Under the pieces are notes generated by a model that was given only the letters and a program-made list of their open reading frames with translations, made no database searches and had not been told where the DNA came from. Of a DNA stretch of 64,000 nucleotides, positions 28,900-39,736 are shown one piece after another; the first letter of the stretch is position 1, and every line of letters starts with the position of its first letter. Source of the stretch: Leptospirales bacterium (GTDB lineage Bacteria > Spirochaetota > Leptospiria > Turneriellales > JAOUFE01); contig JBEQLE010000001.1 in assembly GCA_040326155.1 (NCBI GenBank), forward strand, positions 32,001-96,000. Reading direction: 5' to 3'. Both the position numbers and the translations under genes were made by a program.

Positions 28900-29436
28900 T
28901 CAGTCATCATCGTCACTATCTAGCACATGTTGGACCGCTTTAGCCATTAAATCTGGATCTTTTTTCATCGGGATACCCTGGACAACAATTTCATCCTCTT
29001 TTCCTTTTCTTTTGCCCAATTCCCCTTTTTTTCGCGCAATTTCTTCTTCATTGATAACGACATCACCCATATCTTCATACTCTCCGGCATCTTCGCTATC
29101 TGTTTTTTCAGAACCGTCTACTTCACTTTCATCCGTAAATTCTTCGGGCATAGGAATATCTTCCAGGTGGTCTTCACTGAGTTCAGGTTCCAGAATGTTA
29201 TCGACTTCGGCAACAAACTCAGGAATAAACATTTGTATTAACTTATAAAGCAAAAAACCGAGAGCGCCCATAACAACAGCTGATAAAAGAGGACGCAAGA
29301 GAATGGAAAAAAAACTTAATTCTCCGGTTAGAACAAAGATAAATGAGATTACAAACCCTGCAAGAGCCATCGCGGCGCTGATTTTAAACCAGGCTTTCTT
29401 TAACAACTCTTTCATAACATTAAATTGTATCATCAC
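28900..29436 (-). CDS. Hypothetical membrane protein in the flagellar operon
   Basis: 2 TM plus acidic cytoplasmic tail ending KDPDLMAKAV; sits between flhG and fliA. Confidence 0.8.
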   Translation of the reverse strand: MMIQFNVMKELLKKAWFKISAAMALAGFVISFIFVLTGELSFFSILLRPLLSAVVMGALGFLLYKLIQMFIPEFVAEVDNILEPELSEDHLEDIPMPEEFTDESEVDGSEKTDSEDAGEYEDMGDVVINEEEIARKKGELGKRKGKEDEIVVQGIPMKKDPDLMAKAVQHVLDSDDDD

Positions 29437-30352
29437 CCTGGGTGAATACCCTTTTGAAGAAACTGCTTAAACCTCCGCCTGAAGACGAATGTTTTACATC
29501 TAGGTTATTCAGCCGCGAAGCAATTACTTTTATACAACTACTGGCTTTTGAACCGGGGTATTGCAAAAGAAAGGGCTTTTGTCGACGTACAGATTTTCCA
29601 ACATGTTCATCGTCGTAAATAAAGCCGCCGGGTTTAATAACTGTATTTAAAAATTGCTTTGTAATGCCGGTAATCTTCTCTGATACTTTTTTAGCTTCCA
29701 GCGATGAGCCTGCTCGATTTACAACTAATTGTATCGACTTGTTCGGGTCTAAGAGAATAATCGATTTTATCATCCCATAAGCGTCGGTAATAGCTGTGGG
29801 TTCAGGAGTTGTTATAATTAAAACTTCATCGGCTGGCAGAGCAAAACCAAGAACATTGTCACCAACACCAGCTCCGGTATCAATAATCATAAAATCGTAA
29901 CCCGATAAAGACATAAACTCATTTATAATACGAACGCGCTCTTTTTTCGGTAAATTAGCAAGCATTGCATAGCCCGAAGCTCCGGCAATTACATCTAACC
30001 CTTCTGGTGTTGTTGTCAGAATCTCCTGGATAGTCTTATGTCCCTTCACAACATGGTATATATTATATTTTGGAATTACCCCCAACATGACATTTACGTT
30101 GGCTAAACCAAGGTCGGCGTCGAGTAGTATAACTTTTTTGTTCATTTTTGCTAAAGCAATAGCCAAATTTACAGATACGGAAGATTTTCCAACTCCTCCT
30201 TTTCCACTTGTAACCGTAATTACTTTGGTAACCGGATTTGGCTCAGGTCTGTTTTCTATGTTTTCGTTGTTATTCAATTTATCAACAAGCGTTCTTAGAT
30301 TCGAAGCTTGGTCTCCCGTGTCGGTTTCCATATTAATATCTTTTAAGAGCAT
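29420..30352 (-). CDS. flhG: FlhG/FleN MinD-like ATPase
   Basis: TSGKGGVGKS, DADLGLAN, DTGAG, TPEPTAITDAY; follows flhF. Confidence 0.95.
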   Translation of the reverse strand: MLLKDINMETDTGDQASNLRTLVDKLNNNENIENRPEPNPVTKVITVTSGKGGVGKSSVSVNLAIALAKMNKKVILLDADLGLANVNVMLGVIPKYNIYHVVKGHKTIQEILTTTPEGLDVIAGASGYAMLANLPKKERVRIINEFMSLSGYDFMIIDTGAGVGDNVLGFALPADEVLIITTPEPTAITDAYGMIKSIILLDPNKSIQLVVNRAGSSLEAKKVSEKITGITKQFLNTVIKPGGFIYDDEHVGKSVRRQKPFLLQYPGSKASSCIKVIASRLNNLDVKHSSSGGGLSSFFKRVFTQGDDTI

Positions 30353-30400
30353 ACACCACTATCGGTTCGTTTTCTTAAATATATTTCCATTTTTTTCCTG

Positions 30401-31741
30401 TTAAACCAGCCATTTTCCTTCGGGGTCCAACACCATTTTGGCCAGATATTCCGATTCAGCTTCTTTGTAATCATCGGGAACCTTCTGTCCATTTGTAAAA
30501 AAAGAAAACGGTTTGTTTCGCTCTTCAGCTATTTCTATAAAGTTACCAAATTGCTGACTTTCGTCCATTTTTGATAGCACAATTCGGTCTATACCAAAAA
30601 TATCAAAAGTACGCAGAACCTGCTTAGCGTCTTCTGGTTTGGATGTGGCAGATATAACCAGATGTTTTTCTATTTCTGAATGCCCATCGGGAAAAAAAGT
30701 TTTTTGTTTCAATAAAAACTCTCGGTTATTCTGACTGACCCCCGAAGTATCGACTAAAATGACATCAGCAGGGTCTTCAGCAAGAATCCTATGAAACTTT
30801 TGAGGATCTTTCGTAACAAAAACAGGAACATCTAAAATATCGGCGTACACTTTCAACTGTTCGGTTGCGGCAATTCTAAAATTATCTAAAGTAACCAAGG
30901 TGACCCTTTTTTTCTCTTTCAATTTTAAACGAGAAGCCAGTTTCGCTAGAGTTGTGGTTTTACCCACTCCTGTAGCGCCGAGAAGCGCTATAACTCGACC
31001 AGAACCTATTCTAGGGTTTACTTTTATACGAGCACTCAACATTTCAATGGCTCGTGAATAGACTTTTTCGGGAATTTTCCACTCTCCCTGTGGTAAAACA
31101 CTTTTTAAATTTTCAAGAAACCCGGCTCTCCATTTCTCACTGAATTGTTGGTAAAGAAGCACCGATTCAATCTCTTCTAAATCATCTTTTTTAAGTTGCG
31201 ATTCAATAGGATTTTTAATTAAAATGGAAATCTTTTTATTAATGGCGTCAATATCTTGTTTTATTTCATGAATTGCATTTTCGGGCGCATCAATACTCTT
31301 TGTCTTTTGAGCATCAGGACCTCTTTTTAAAGCTTTTCTTTCTGTAGTTCGTGAAATATTTTCAAATTGAGGAGCTGCAATATTTTTTTCAAAACTTATA
31401 TCTTCGAGGTTAAAATCTTCTTTCGCAGTGTTCAGTCTTGGCGATTGGTCCAGCAAATCTAAAAATTCTTTTCCTGCATGCATATCTTTCTCAAGAGAGA
31501 CAGTTACAGGAATATCAGGAATTCCATTTTGCGGGAGTATGGTAGAGTTCTTTTTAGGTTTCGATTTTTTTTCGGCAAGGGCAGCTTGAATCATAAACTG
31601 CTTTTTACCTATCATCCGCGATAAAACTGTTTTTGCGGGAACCTCTTTTTCATAATATATAATAGCTTCGGGACCATACGTATCTCTGAGTTTTCTCATC
31701 GCTTCGGCGTGAGAATTGCCAATTACTTTTACATATTGCAT
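30401..31741 (-). CDS. flhF: Flagellar SRP-family GTPase FlhF
   Basis: GATGVGKTTTLAKLA, DNFRIAA.EQL, DTSG, SKMDE, TNGQKVPDD. Confidence 0.95.
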   Translation of the reverse strand: MQYVKVIGNSHAEAMRKLRDTYGPEAIIYYEKEVPAKTVLSRMIGKKQFMIQAALAEKKSKPKKNSTILPQNGIPDIPVTVSLEKDMHAGKEFLDLLDQSPRLNTAKEDFNLEDISFEKNIAAPQFENISRTTERKALKRGPDAQKTKSIDAPENAIHEIKQDIDAINKKISILIKNPIESQLKKDDLEEIESVLLYQQFSEKWRAGFLENLKSVLPQGEWKIPEKVYSRAIEMLSARIKVNPRIGSGRVIALLGATGVGKTTTLAKLASRLKLKEKKRVTLVTLDNFRIAATEQLKVYADILDVPVFVTKDPQKFHRILAEDPADVILVDTSGVSQNNREFLLKQKTFFPDGHSEIEKHLVISATSKPEDAKQVLRTFDIFGIDRIVLSKMDESQQFGNFIEIAEERNKPFSFFTNGQKVPDDYKEAESEYLAKMVLDPEGKWLV

Positions 31742-33829
31742 TTAGAAAACAACCTCTTCTTCAGTCTCTTTATTATCAGCAAGGATAGCTTGTCCAACAA
31801 TTTCTACCCTGATATCTGTCGGAATTTCTTCATAAGCTATAGAGGCAAACATACGCGAACTCAACTCTCTTTCAAGAATCATAAAAACCCCGGTTCGAAC
31901 TTCGGAGCCTAATACAAATATGGGAAATTTCTCTTGTTTTTGAACACTGTTAAATGCCGCAATCAACGAGTCTCGTATACGTATCTGTTCATGCGGATCC
32001 AGGGTAAAAATTCGCCCTTCCCGTTCATCAAAAGTAACAGCCTCTCGAAGGGCATTTTCGATCATGGGGTCAACCTGTATAGAGTGTAAAACCCCATCTT
32101 CAACGTATGGCTGAATAATTTGTCGACCAAGTTTCAAACGAACATATTCGGTCAATATCGTTGGGTCTTTTGTTTTACCGCCCTGATCGGCAAGTGTTTC
32201 AAGAATTACATTCGCATTTCGAATCGATACATTTTCTTTAATAAGGTTATGTAGAACCTGCTGAATAATCCCCATGGTGAGTTCACGGTTCACTTCTTCA
32301 ACCACAGCAGGAAATTTCTCTTTCAGTTTATCAAGAAGCAATTTCACCTCTTCACGACCCATAACCTGAGTAGCGTAAGTACGAATAATTTCGCTTATGT
32401 GGGTTATAATAATATTTCCGGCATCGACAACTAAATACCCTTTTTCTTCGGCGTCAGATTTTTTATCGGTATCAATTAAAACAGCAGGAAGCGAATACGT
32501 GGGGTCTTCAAACACTTCGCCTTCTATGGCCTCTTTTACCCGACCACTATCGAGAGCGACAAGTTTGTCCGGGTAGGCTTTCGCACGGCCAACTTCAATT
32601 CCGCTGACAAGAATAGAATACTCATTGCCGTCAAGATCCATATTGTCATTAATTCGAATCGGGGGTACAACGAGTCCCATGTCTCTGGCAAACTTTTTAC
32701 GAAGGTTGGTAATTCTCTCAAGTAAAGTTCCACCCTGGGTTGATTCAACCAGGGGTATTAAATTATAACCGATTTCAAGACGCATAACATCGAGGCTGAT
32801 TTCGTCGAGAAAACTCTCGGGAGCGTCTGGTTTTTTGGCTTTTTCATCTTCCAGTCTGGCTTGTTCTTTTTCGTCTTTAATCCGGGTCTGGGTAATCGAG
32901 TAAGCGATAAAGCCAAGAAGGCCAGCGACAGACCACATAGAAATCATGGGAAAGCCGGGAAGCAGCGACGCGACACCGAGTGTTCCGGCGACCATCCAGA
33001 GAATTTTTGGATTATTAAACAACTGGGACGAAAGCTGTCCGCCGAGATCCTGGTCGGCTCCAGCGCGAGTTACAACCATACCGGTAGCGGTGGTTATTAG
33101 TAAAGAAGGAATCTGCGAAACAAGACCATCCCCGATGGTTAAAAGAGTGTAAGTTTCCAAAGCCACCTCGAGACTTTCACCCCGCATACTCATTCCAATA
33201 ACAAGTCCGCCAACAATATTAATGGCGGTAATAATAAGACCGACTCGAACATCCCCCTGAACAAATTTGGTAGCTCCATCCATCTGCCCGTAAAAATCGA
33301 CCTCTTTACGAAGCTCAGCTCGGTTTTTTCGGGCTTCTTCTTCGGTAATAAGACCGGCAGAAAGGTCTGAGTCAATGGACATCTGTTTACCGGGCAGAGC
33401 GTCGAGTGTAAACCTGGCCGCAACTTCGGAAATTCGAGTAGCACCTTTTGTAATTACCATCAACTGAACCAAGACGAGAATTAAAAATATAATAAAACCA
33501 ATTACATACTGGCCTGAAACCACAAATTCACCAAAAGCCCGTATCAACTGACCATCAAAATTGGGCCCTTCTGTTAAAATAAGTCGGGTCGAACTCACAT
33601 TCAAGGCAAGTCGAAAAACGGTAGATACAAGTAACAACGATGGAAAAACTGAAAAATCAAGGTTGTTCTTATTGCTCATTGCGGTCAACAAGATAATAAG
33701 CCCGATCATAATACTAAATGCCAGAAATACATCGAGTAAAAATGCAGGCATGGGAATAATCAGCATGGCCACAATGGACACAACTGCTAATCCAAGCATC
33801 ACATCGGTTTGACGGTACCACTTATTCAT
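31742..33829 (-). CDS. flhA: Flagellar export protein FlhA
   Basis: [53 protein letters not shown]. Confidence 0.98.
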   Translation of the reverse strand: MNKWYRQTDVMLGLAVVSIVAMLIIPMPAFLLDVFLAFSIMIGLIILLTAMSNKNNLDFSVFPSLLLVSTVFRLALNVSSTRLILTEGPNFDGQLIRAFGEFVVSGQYVIGFIIFLILVLVQLMVITKGATRISEVAARFTLDALPGKQMSIDSDLSAGLITEEEARKNRAELRKEVDFYGQMDGATKFVQGDVRVGLIITAINIVGGLVIGMSMRGESLEVALETYTLLTIGDGLVSQIPSLLITTATGMVVTRAGADQDLGGQLSSQLFNNPKILWMVAGTLGVASLLPGFPMISMWSVAGLLGFIAYSITQTRIKDEKEQARLEDEKAKKPDAPESFLDEISLDVMRLEIGYNLIPLVESTQGGTLLERITNLRKKFARDMGLVVPPIRINDNMDLDGNEYSILVSGIEVGRAKAYPDKLVALDSGRVKEAIEGEVFEDPTYSLPAVLIDTDKKSDAEEKGYLVVDAGNIIITHISEIIRTYATQVMGREEVKLLLDKLKEKFPAVVEEVNRELTMGIIQQVLHNLIKENVSIRNANVILETLADQGGKTKDPTILTEYVRLKLGRQIIQPYVEDGVLHSIQVDPMIENALREAVTFDEREGRIFTLDPHEQIRIRDSLIAAFNSVQKQEKFPIFVLGSEVRTGVFMILERELSSRMFASIAYEEIPTDIRVEIVGQAILADNKETEEEVVF

Positions 33830-33832
33830 AAA

Positions 33833-35044
33833 TTATCCTGCCCTCCGGCTAAGGCGCTCTTTCATTCCGTCAATGCTAAGGAAAATATCGATTAACACAC
33901 GATAAAAATGTTCTGGTACGGTTTCTCCTTCCGATACCGTTCGATACAATTCACGGGCAAGAGGCTTATTCTCAATAATTGGAATATCATTTTGACGAGC
34001 GAGATTCCGAATTACAAAAGCAAGATTGTCTTCCCCTTTTGACAAAACCCTTGGCGAGTCTTCCATTTCCGGATCATAACGTAGCGCAATAGCATAATGA
34101 GTCGGGTTCGTTATGACAACGTCAGCCTTTTTGGTCTCCTGAAACATATTACGTCGCAGCATCTCAAAAGCGCGCTGGCGTCGACGTTGTTTTACAAGAG
34201 GATCTCCTTCACTCTCACGAGACTCTTGTTTAAGCTCTTCTTTGGTCATTTTAATAGATTCAATAAATTCAAATTTCTGGTAAAAATAATCGGGAAGGGC
34301 AATTACAAACATGACAACCGATAAAATTACTGCGAGCTTAAAGGCAATCTGTGACAAAAGGCGAACAGAGTTAGCGACACCGATAGACCCCAGAGAGAGC
34401 AGAGCGTCAAAATCTGACTTTATAAGATAATAACTTATTACACCGAGAAAACTGACTTTAAGAAGTGTCTTTATTAAAGTCACCGCAATCTGGCGGGAAA
34501 AAAAGACTTTTCGCATCATAGTGGGAAAATCGAGTTTAATTCGTTTAAAATCTGGCTTCAGGGGTTTAAGCGTAAACATTATCCCGACCTGGACAACATT
34601 ACCTGCAATAGCTAAAAACGTAGAGACAAGAAAAATTGGCGCAAGAAGAATACCAACTTCGCGCACTAGAAAAATAAAAAGAGCTATAACCTCCGACTTA
34701 TCGAGAGCGGGAAGCTCAGAAAATTTACCGAGAAAGTAAGTTGCAATATTGGCCATGCCCGAGAGCATCCAGCCGCCAATGGCAAAAAGCGTTGCGAGTC
34801 CACCAATGGTCACAAGTGAAGAAGGAATATCGGGACTTTTAGGAACCCTCCCTTTTTCGCGCTCTTTTTGCTTTTTTCGTTCGGTTGGCTCTTCGGTTCG
34901 CCCCTCGTTTTCGGCAGAAGCAAAAAACATAGGCAAAGCAAAATCACCAACACCGGCAAAGCCTGGCGAAAATCGCAACACCCGTATCGAACGTTTAAAT
35001 ATGCGATTTAATAGTATATGTAAATATAATTGTAGAAAAACCAT
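33833..35044 (-). CDS. flhB: Flagellar export protein FlhB
   Basis: RTEEPTERK..REKG, KMTKEELKQE.RESEGDP, autocleavage motif VITNPTH; exact start uncertain. Confidence 0.96.
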   Translation of the reverse strand: MVFLQLYLHILLNRIFKRSIRVLRFSPGFAGVGDFALPMFFASAENEGRTEEPTERKKQKEREKGRVPKSPDIPSSLVTIGGLATLFAIGGWMLSGMANIATYFLGKFSELPALDKSEVIALFIFLVREVGILLAPIFLVSTFLAIAGNVVQVGIMFTLKPLKPDFKRIKLDFPTMMRKVFFSRQIAVTLIKTLLKVSFLGVISYYLIKSDFDALLSLGSIGVANSVRLLSQIAFKLAVILSVVMFVIALPDYFYQKFEFIESIKMTKEELKQESRESEGDPLVKQRRRQRAFEMLRRNMFQETKKADVVITNPTHYAIALRYDPEMEDSPRVLSKGEDNLAFVIRNLARQNDIPIIENKPLARELYRTVSEGETVPEHFYRVLIDIFLSIDGMKERLSRRAG

Positions 35045-35378
35045 GACGTTTTTGGGGTCGATGTCCCTGACCCATTAGCTGAGTCAAATGTGACATAATA
35101 CCCATTATGACAAAACGTATATAGGCGACAAGCAGTTTTTCAGATCCGAATTATAGTAAAAAAAAGAACTTTCACCAAAGATCAGTCGATCATCACACCT
35201 GTTTTTCTCAGGGCTCTGACAATCAAGTTGAAATCTTCTTTTAGCATCTCTTTTAACTTTTGGATGGGAATCCTTGTATACCGAGAAACAATTTCATATT
35301 TTTCTATCTTCGACATATTCGGTATGACGCAAATAATTATGAATATGAAACAAAAAAACGATATGGTATTTTACCCAC

Positions 35379-35723
35379 CTAGGCTTCGAATTCTTCAGGT
35401 TTATCGACCCGTTCAAAGATCATTCGCAGGTAAATTGCATTATCTTTGTTCATTTGTCTGAGTTCGGCGTTACCTTGTTCAATCCTTTCTAAAAGCCTTT
35501 CGGTTTGACGAGAGTCTTTTTTACTCTCGATGTGCATATGCCTTAAAAAAGAGGATTGTTTTTCATCGGCCTCCCGGCTCTGTTTTCGGCTCTCTTTTCG
35601 GCTTTGCTCGCTCAAGCGATGAAACGTAGCCATCTGGCCACTGAGAATACCCAAAACCAAAATTATTAAAAGTACAATGAAAATTCCACTGACAACCGCG
35701 ACCATATATAAACTTGCATCCAT
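35379..35723 (-). CDS. Small hypothetical protein (N-terminal TM plus coiled coil)
   Basis: 114 aa; hydrophobic N-terminus; internal SRKESRKQSRE repeat. Confidence 0.6.
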   Translation of the reverse strand: MDASLYMVAVVSGIFIVLLIILVLGILSGQMATFHRLSEQSRKESRKQSREADEKQSSFLRHMHIESKKDSRQTERLLERIEQGNAELRQMNKDNAIYLRMIFERVDKPEEFEA

Positions 35724-35828
35724 ACAATGGTAATGTATAAAAAATCAGTTTTTTTGCACATTTTTGAAGTTTTTTTTCAAAAAAAAATGGTTTTCAGTCG
35801 CCTCGGATTATTCTCGCAAAAAAGAATT

Positions 35829-36020
35829 ATAAGGAAAGCAGGAATTCAGGAATGAAAAGAAGGAAAAAAAGAAGAAAAATATTATAAAATAAAATAAGAG
35901 TAAAGGAATTTATACAAAATATCCTACACCCTCAAATTACGTGCCGGGCAAGCACTTTTTATACTCTGCCTTTTCCCTTCCTCTCTTTTCCTGTATTCCT
36001 GCCCTTCCTGCCTTCCTTAT
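35829..36020. repeat. Element bounded by 16-bp inverted repeats (MITE- or REP-like)
   Basis: ATAAGGAAAGCAGGAA (35829) and TTCCTGCCTTCCTTAT (36005), 15/16 complementary; similar half-site at 61773-61788. Confidence 0.6.
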
Positions 36021-36048
36021 TAAAATCCCTTTCTTTAGGTCGGAAATT

Positions 36049-36172
36049 CCACAACAGCAAGCGGTGAAATCTTCATTCTACGATACAAGGTTGTAGTCCG
36101 GTAGCATTCCGAACTACGAACAGGGGGAGTTACATACCTTTACGTTACGTAGATAGTCGGCTCGTCGCCTGC
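36049..36172. other. About 120-nt rod-like imperfect hairpin (candidate ncRNA or degenerate attC)
   Basis: GCAAGCGGTGA/TCGTCGCCTGC, TCTACG/CGTAGA, AAGGT/ACCTT and TGTAG/TTACA nested pairings; GC-richer than its flanks. Confidence 0.45.
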
Positions 36173-36267
36173 CTTATTTTCTATCTGTTTCCTTATAAAA
36201 TTCTATTTTATATCTACTTTATCTCGAAAAAGTGAAATAAAAACCATTTTTTGGCTATTACACCTAT

Positions 36268-37521
36268 ATGACTACGGAACAAGAAAATGCCGCACATTGG
36301 TTGTGGAGTAATAACGAGAAAAAGTATCTTCAACTTGTGGCTGGCGCGGGGTCGGGAAAAACGACAACGATGGTTGAAACGCTTTCTGTTGCCAAAGAAG
36401 CGGGGTTCAATCCATCTTCCTGTTGCCTTATTACGTTTACGAAAAAGTCCGCCAACGAAATGGAGCAGAGGTTGTTGAAAAACAATATTCGCGCAGGTTT
36501 CACAGGAACGATGCACTCGCTTGGTTATTCCATTTTAAAAAACAAATATGGTGGTGCATTGAATATACTCACCGATTCAGACAAAGTTATTAAAGATATT
36601 ATATGTACACTTTTTCCACAATACCGGCATATACCCCCGGATGTTTTATCGAAGTCAAACCTTCTGAGCCATGTCGAAAAAGAGAGGCTGCAGAAAGAAT
36701 ACTTTTTGTATAAACAAAAAAAAGACCTTTTCGACCTTGACGATCTTATACACCGGGCGCGAAGCGTTTTAGAAAGTTCGTCTGACCTGTTTCCTTATGA
36801 ATATGTTATGGTGGATGAATTTCAAGACACTTCACCGGAGCAGGTCTCTTTTATTCAATCGATGCGCCCTGGAAAACTTTTTGCCGTGGGGGATGACTGG
36901 CAGTCGATCTATGGGTTTCGCGGGGCTGATGTTTCGATATCTCGAAATTTTTCTCAATACTTTCCAGGCGCTCGGCGTTCTTTTTTAACTAAAAATTTTC
37001 GTAGTCAGGGAAGAATCGTTCAGCTCGGGAACAAAGCCATACGCTTAAGTGAAGAGTACATTAAGAAAAAACTTCGCGCTCACCACTCTTCGACGGTAGC
37101 GCCAAGGTGTTTTATAATTTCGAAGAAGGTAAGCCCTGAAAAAGCGTGGTCTCTTTATGCAAAAGTTAAAAACGAAATTTCGAATTTAACAGTATTGGTC
37201 CGCACCAATTACCTGCGAACAATTATCGAAGAAATCGCGCCTGCGGGTGTGAATGTTTTAACCATTCACTCTTCAAAAGGACTTGAGTTTGAAAATGTTC
37301 TAATTTTCGGTGTAGCTAAAAATATTTTTCCGCACCGCTTTAATGACCCCGATGAAGAAGTACGGCTTTTATATGTTGCCATTACCAGGGCTAAACAACA
37401 AATTGATTTTTTATGCTGGGAAGACGGGTCTGACTACTCTTCTTTTATGCCTTTTTTAGCGTCTAACTGTAAGATCACTTATTTAAAAGAGTCCGGGCGT
37501 GGTCTAAAGCAGACTGGGTAA
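36268..37521 (+). CDS. Short UvrD/Rep-family SF1 helicase
   Basis: AGAGSGKT, ITFTKKSANEM, VDEFQDTS, VGDDWQSIYGFRGA, NFRS, TIHSSKGLEF, EEVRLLYVAITRA. Confidence 0.93.
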   Translation: MTTEQENAAHWLWSNNEKKYLQLVAGAGSGKTTTMVETLSVAKEAGFNPSSCCLITFTKKSANEMEQRLLKNNIRAGFTGTMHSLGYSILKNKYGGALNILTDSDKVIKDIICTLFPQYRHIPPDVLSKSNLLSHVEKERLQKEYFLYKQKKDLFDLDDLIHRARSVLESSSDLFPYEYVMVDEFQDTSPEQVSFIQSMRPGKLFAVGDDWQSIYGFRGADVSISRNFSQYFPGARRSFLTKNFRSQGRIVQLGNKAIRLSEEYIKKKLRAHHSSTVAPRCFIISKKVSPEKAWSLYAKVKNEISNLTVLVRTNYLRTIIEEIAPAGVNVLTIHSSKGLEFENVLIFGVAKNIFPHRFNDPDEEVRLLYVAITRAKQQIDFLCWEDGSDYSSFMPFLASNCKITYLKESGRGLKQTG

Positions 37522-39181
37522 TCTCTTTGCCAGCGATCATTCGAGCAAGTTCCTTTACTCTTTCTTCTTCGGATAATCTGGTTATACGCGTACCATTTAC
37601 CGCATCTTTGCTGACACAAAAGTGACTTACGTTCTTCGCGTTCAAGCCTGCCACCTGGTGTAAATGTGTTATGACAACGACCTGTGCGTTCTTACCCAGC
37701 GACGCAATCTTTTGCCCCACCGCTTCTGCGACCCCGCCGCCGACCCCTGTATCGACCTCGTCAAATACCAACGTCGAAACCGGGTCCGATTCAATAATAA
37801 TTTTTTTCAAGGCTAACATTATACGACTCATCTCTCCGCCAGAAGCGATTTTTCGCAAAGGCCGTAGCACATCGTTTTCACCCTGCCCGAGTAAAAACTC
37901 GACCATATCCAGTCCATGATTATGTAATATATATTTCTTGTCCGGTTCTTCGGGAACGGTAAATTCGCCATCGTCACCATATTGCCATTTCATTGAAATT
38001 CGAATTTTTGTTTGCCCCATGCTCAGGTCGACGAGTTCTTTCGAAACCGATTCTTCCAGGCGACCCGCCGCCTCCTTTCGTTTGTGCGAAATGACTTCGG
38101 CTTCTTCAATCAGTTTCTTTGTCAAACTCTGAATTTCGTCTCGAAGTTTTATCTCTTCTTCGCCGGAAAGTTCTATACCCACCAATTCATTTTTAGCTTT
38201 TTCGAGATATATTTTTGCATCTTCAACACCCGGGCCATACTTTCGCAAGACATTATGTATAGAGTCGATTCTCTCTTTTATTGTTTGTATCTCTTCGGGA
38301 CTGAGCATAACCGAATCGGCTTTTTCTCGCATTTGAGCCGCAGCGTCAGAAAGCAATAAATACGATTCCCGAACTGGCGATAAAATATCTACCAGGCTGT
38401 CGTCGTACTCGCTGTCTTTTTCGAGAGTTCGCTCCATAAGTGAAAGGTCTTTAAGCATGCCCCGGTCATCGCCTTGCAACAGACCATACATGTCAGAAAG
38501 ATTTTTAACCAGACTCTCTGAATGCTCCAGAAGTTTTTCCCGGTTTTGTAACTCTTCAAATTCGGCTTCGTCTTTTAATTGCGCCGCTTCGAGTTCTTGA
38601 ATTTCATGGTTTAAAACTTCAAGCCGCCTGTTTTTCTCTTGTTCATCTAGAGAGACACTTTTCAGTTTTTGTTTTAGTTCATCTCGTTTTATAAAAGTCT
38701 TTTTGTAGGCTGCCACTTCTTCTACAATATGACAAAAACGATCGAGTATAGCGCGGTGAGTCGAGGTATTTAATATATTTTGGTTTTCGTTTTGCCCATG
38801 AATGTCTACAAGGTAACGGCCTACTTCTTTTAAAAAACTGACCGGAACCTGCTGGGAATTTATGAAACTACGTCCTTTACCTTCTACGGTTATTTCCCGT
38901 TTCAGTATCATTGCCTCTTCGTCGTAAACCCCCCGCTCTTTTAAGAGGTTTTGTAAATCAGGATTTTGCGATATAGAAAATGAGCCTTCGACAACAGAAC
39001 GCGCAGCTCCGGTTTTAATCATATCGGTGGTTGCCCTGGAACCGAGCAGCAAGTTCAACGCTCCGAGTATAATAGATTTACCCGCACCGGTTTCTCCGGT
39101 TATAATATTTAAACCCCGGCTCGTCGTTAAACGAAGCTCTTGAATTAAGGCAAAATCTTTTATATATAACTCGTCTATCAT
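37475..39181 (-). CDS. recN: DNA repair protein RecN
   Basis: ITGETGAGKS, DIHGQ, ASGGEMSRIMLA, FDEVDTGVGG, ITHLHQVA. Confidence 0.97.
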   Translation of the reverse strand: MIDELYIKDFALIQELRLTTSRGLNIITGETGAGKSIILGALNLLLGSRATTDMIKTGAARSVVEGSFSISQNPDLQNLLKERGVYDEEAMILKREITVEGKGRSFINSQQVPVSFLKEVGRYLVDIHGQNENQNILNTSTHRAILDRFCHIVEEVAAYKKTFIKRDELKQKLKSVSLDEQEKNRRLEVLNHEIQELEAAQLKDEAEFEELQNREKLLEHSESLVKNLSDMYGLLQGDDRGMLKDLSLMERTLEKDSEYDDSLVDILSPVRESYLLLSDAAAQMREKADSVMLSPEEIQTIKERIDSIHNVLRKYGPGVEDAKIYLEKAKNELVGIELSGEEEIKLRDEIQSLTKKLIEEAEVISHKRKEAAGRLEESVSKELVDLSMGQTKIRISMKWQYGDDGEFTVPEEPDKKYILHNHGLDMVEFLLGQGENDVLRPLRKIASGGEMSRIMLALKKIIIESDPVSTLVFDEVDTGVGGGVAEAVGQKIASLGKNAQVVVITHLHQVAGLNAKNVSHFCVSKDAVNGTRITRLSEEERVKELARMIAGKEITQSALDHARTLLNK

Positions 39182-39182
39182 A

Positions 39183-39734
39183 TTACAACTTAATATATTT
39201 AACCTTTCTAATAATTCGATGTGCTATTTCCCCTGGCGTCATACGGTCAATTCCGATCGCCATCTGCGCAAGTTTTTCATACCAGGGTTTTCGTTTATTT
39301 AAAACTTCCTGTAAATCATCTGCCACCAAAGCGGGACGATGTGCGGACGGCTGAGCATCGGACAGTCGTTGCAACAACAAGTGGTCTTGCATATATAAAT
39401 AGACACAAAAGTAACAATTTTTCAATATTTGGAACTTTTTTTCAGAAAGTTCACCATTTTCGTCTTCCATTATTCCGCCCCCTGTATCGAGCAAAACTCC
39501 GGGACGGTTCGAAAAAAAACGGAGAGCTTCGGACTCTTTATTGCGAAACTCTTTCCACCCCTTTTCTGCTACTAAGTCGGTGATCGTTGACTTCGTTTTT
39601 TTTTCTATGTACTCATCGAGGGAAACATACCGTATTCGCATTTTTTTTGCCAAAATTTTACCGACAGTACTTTTTCCGACACCACGAAAGCCGATTAATG
39701 CAATTCTTGGATATGGAGTGCTAATGTTGCCCAT
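39183..39734 (-). CDS. aroK: Shikimate kinase
   Basis: LIGFRGVGKSTVG, GWKEFR.KE, DTGGG, RPAL. Confidence 0.93.
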   Translation of the reverse strand: MGNISTPYPRIALIGFRGVGKSTVGKILAKKMRIRYVSLDEYIEKKTKSTITDLVAEKGWKEFRNKESEALRFFSNRPGVLLDTGGGIMEDENGELSEKKFQILKNCYFCVYLYMQDHLLLQRLSDAQPSAHRPALVADDLQEVLNKRKPWYEKLAQMAIGIDRMTPGEIAHRIIRKVKYIKL

Positions 39735-39736
39735 AC

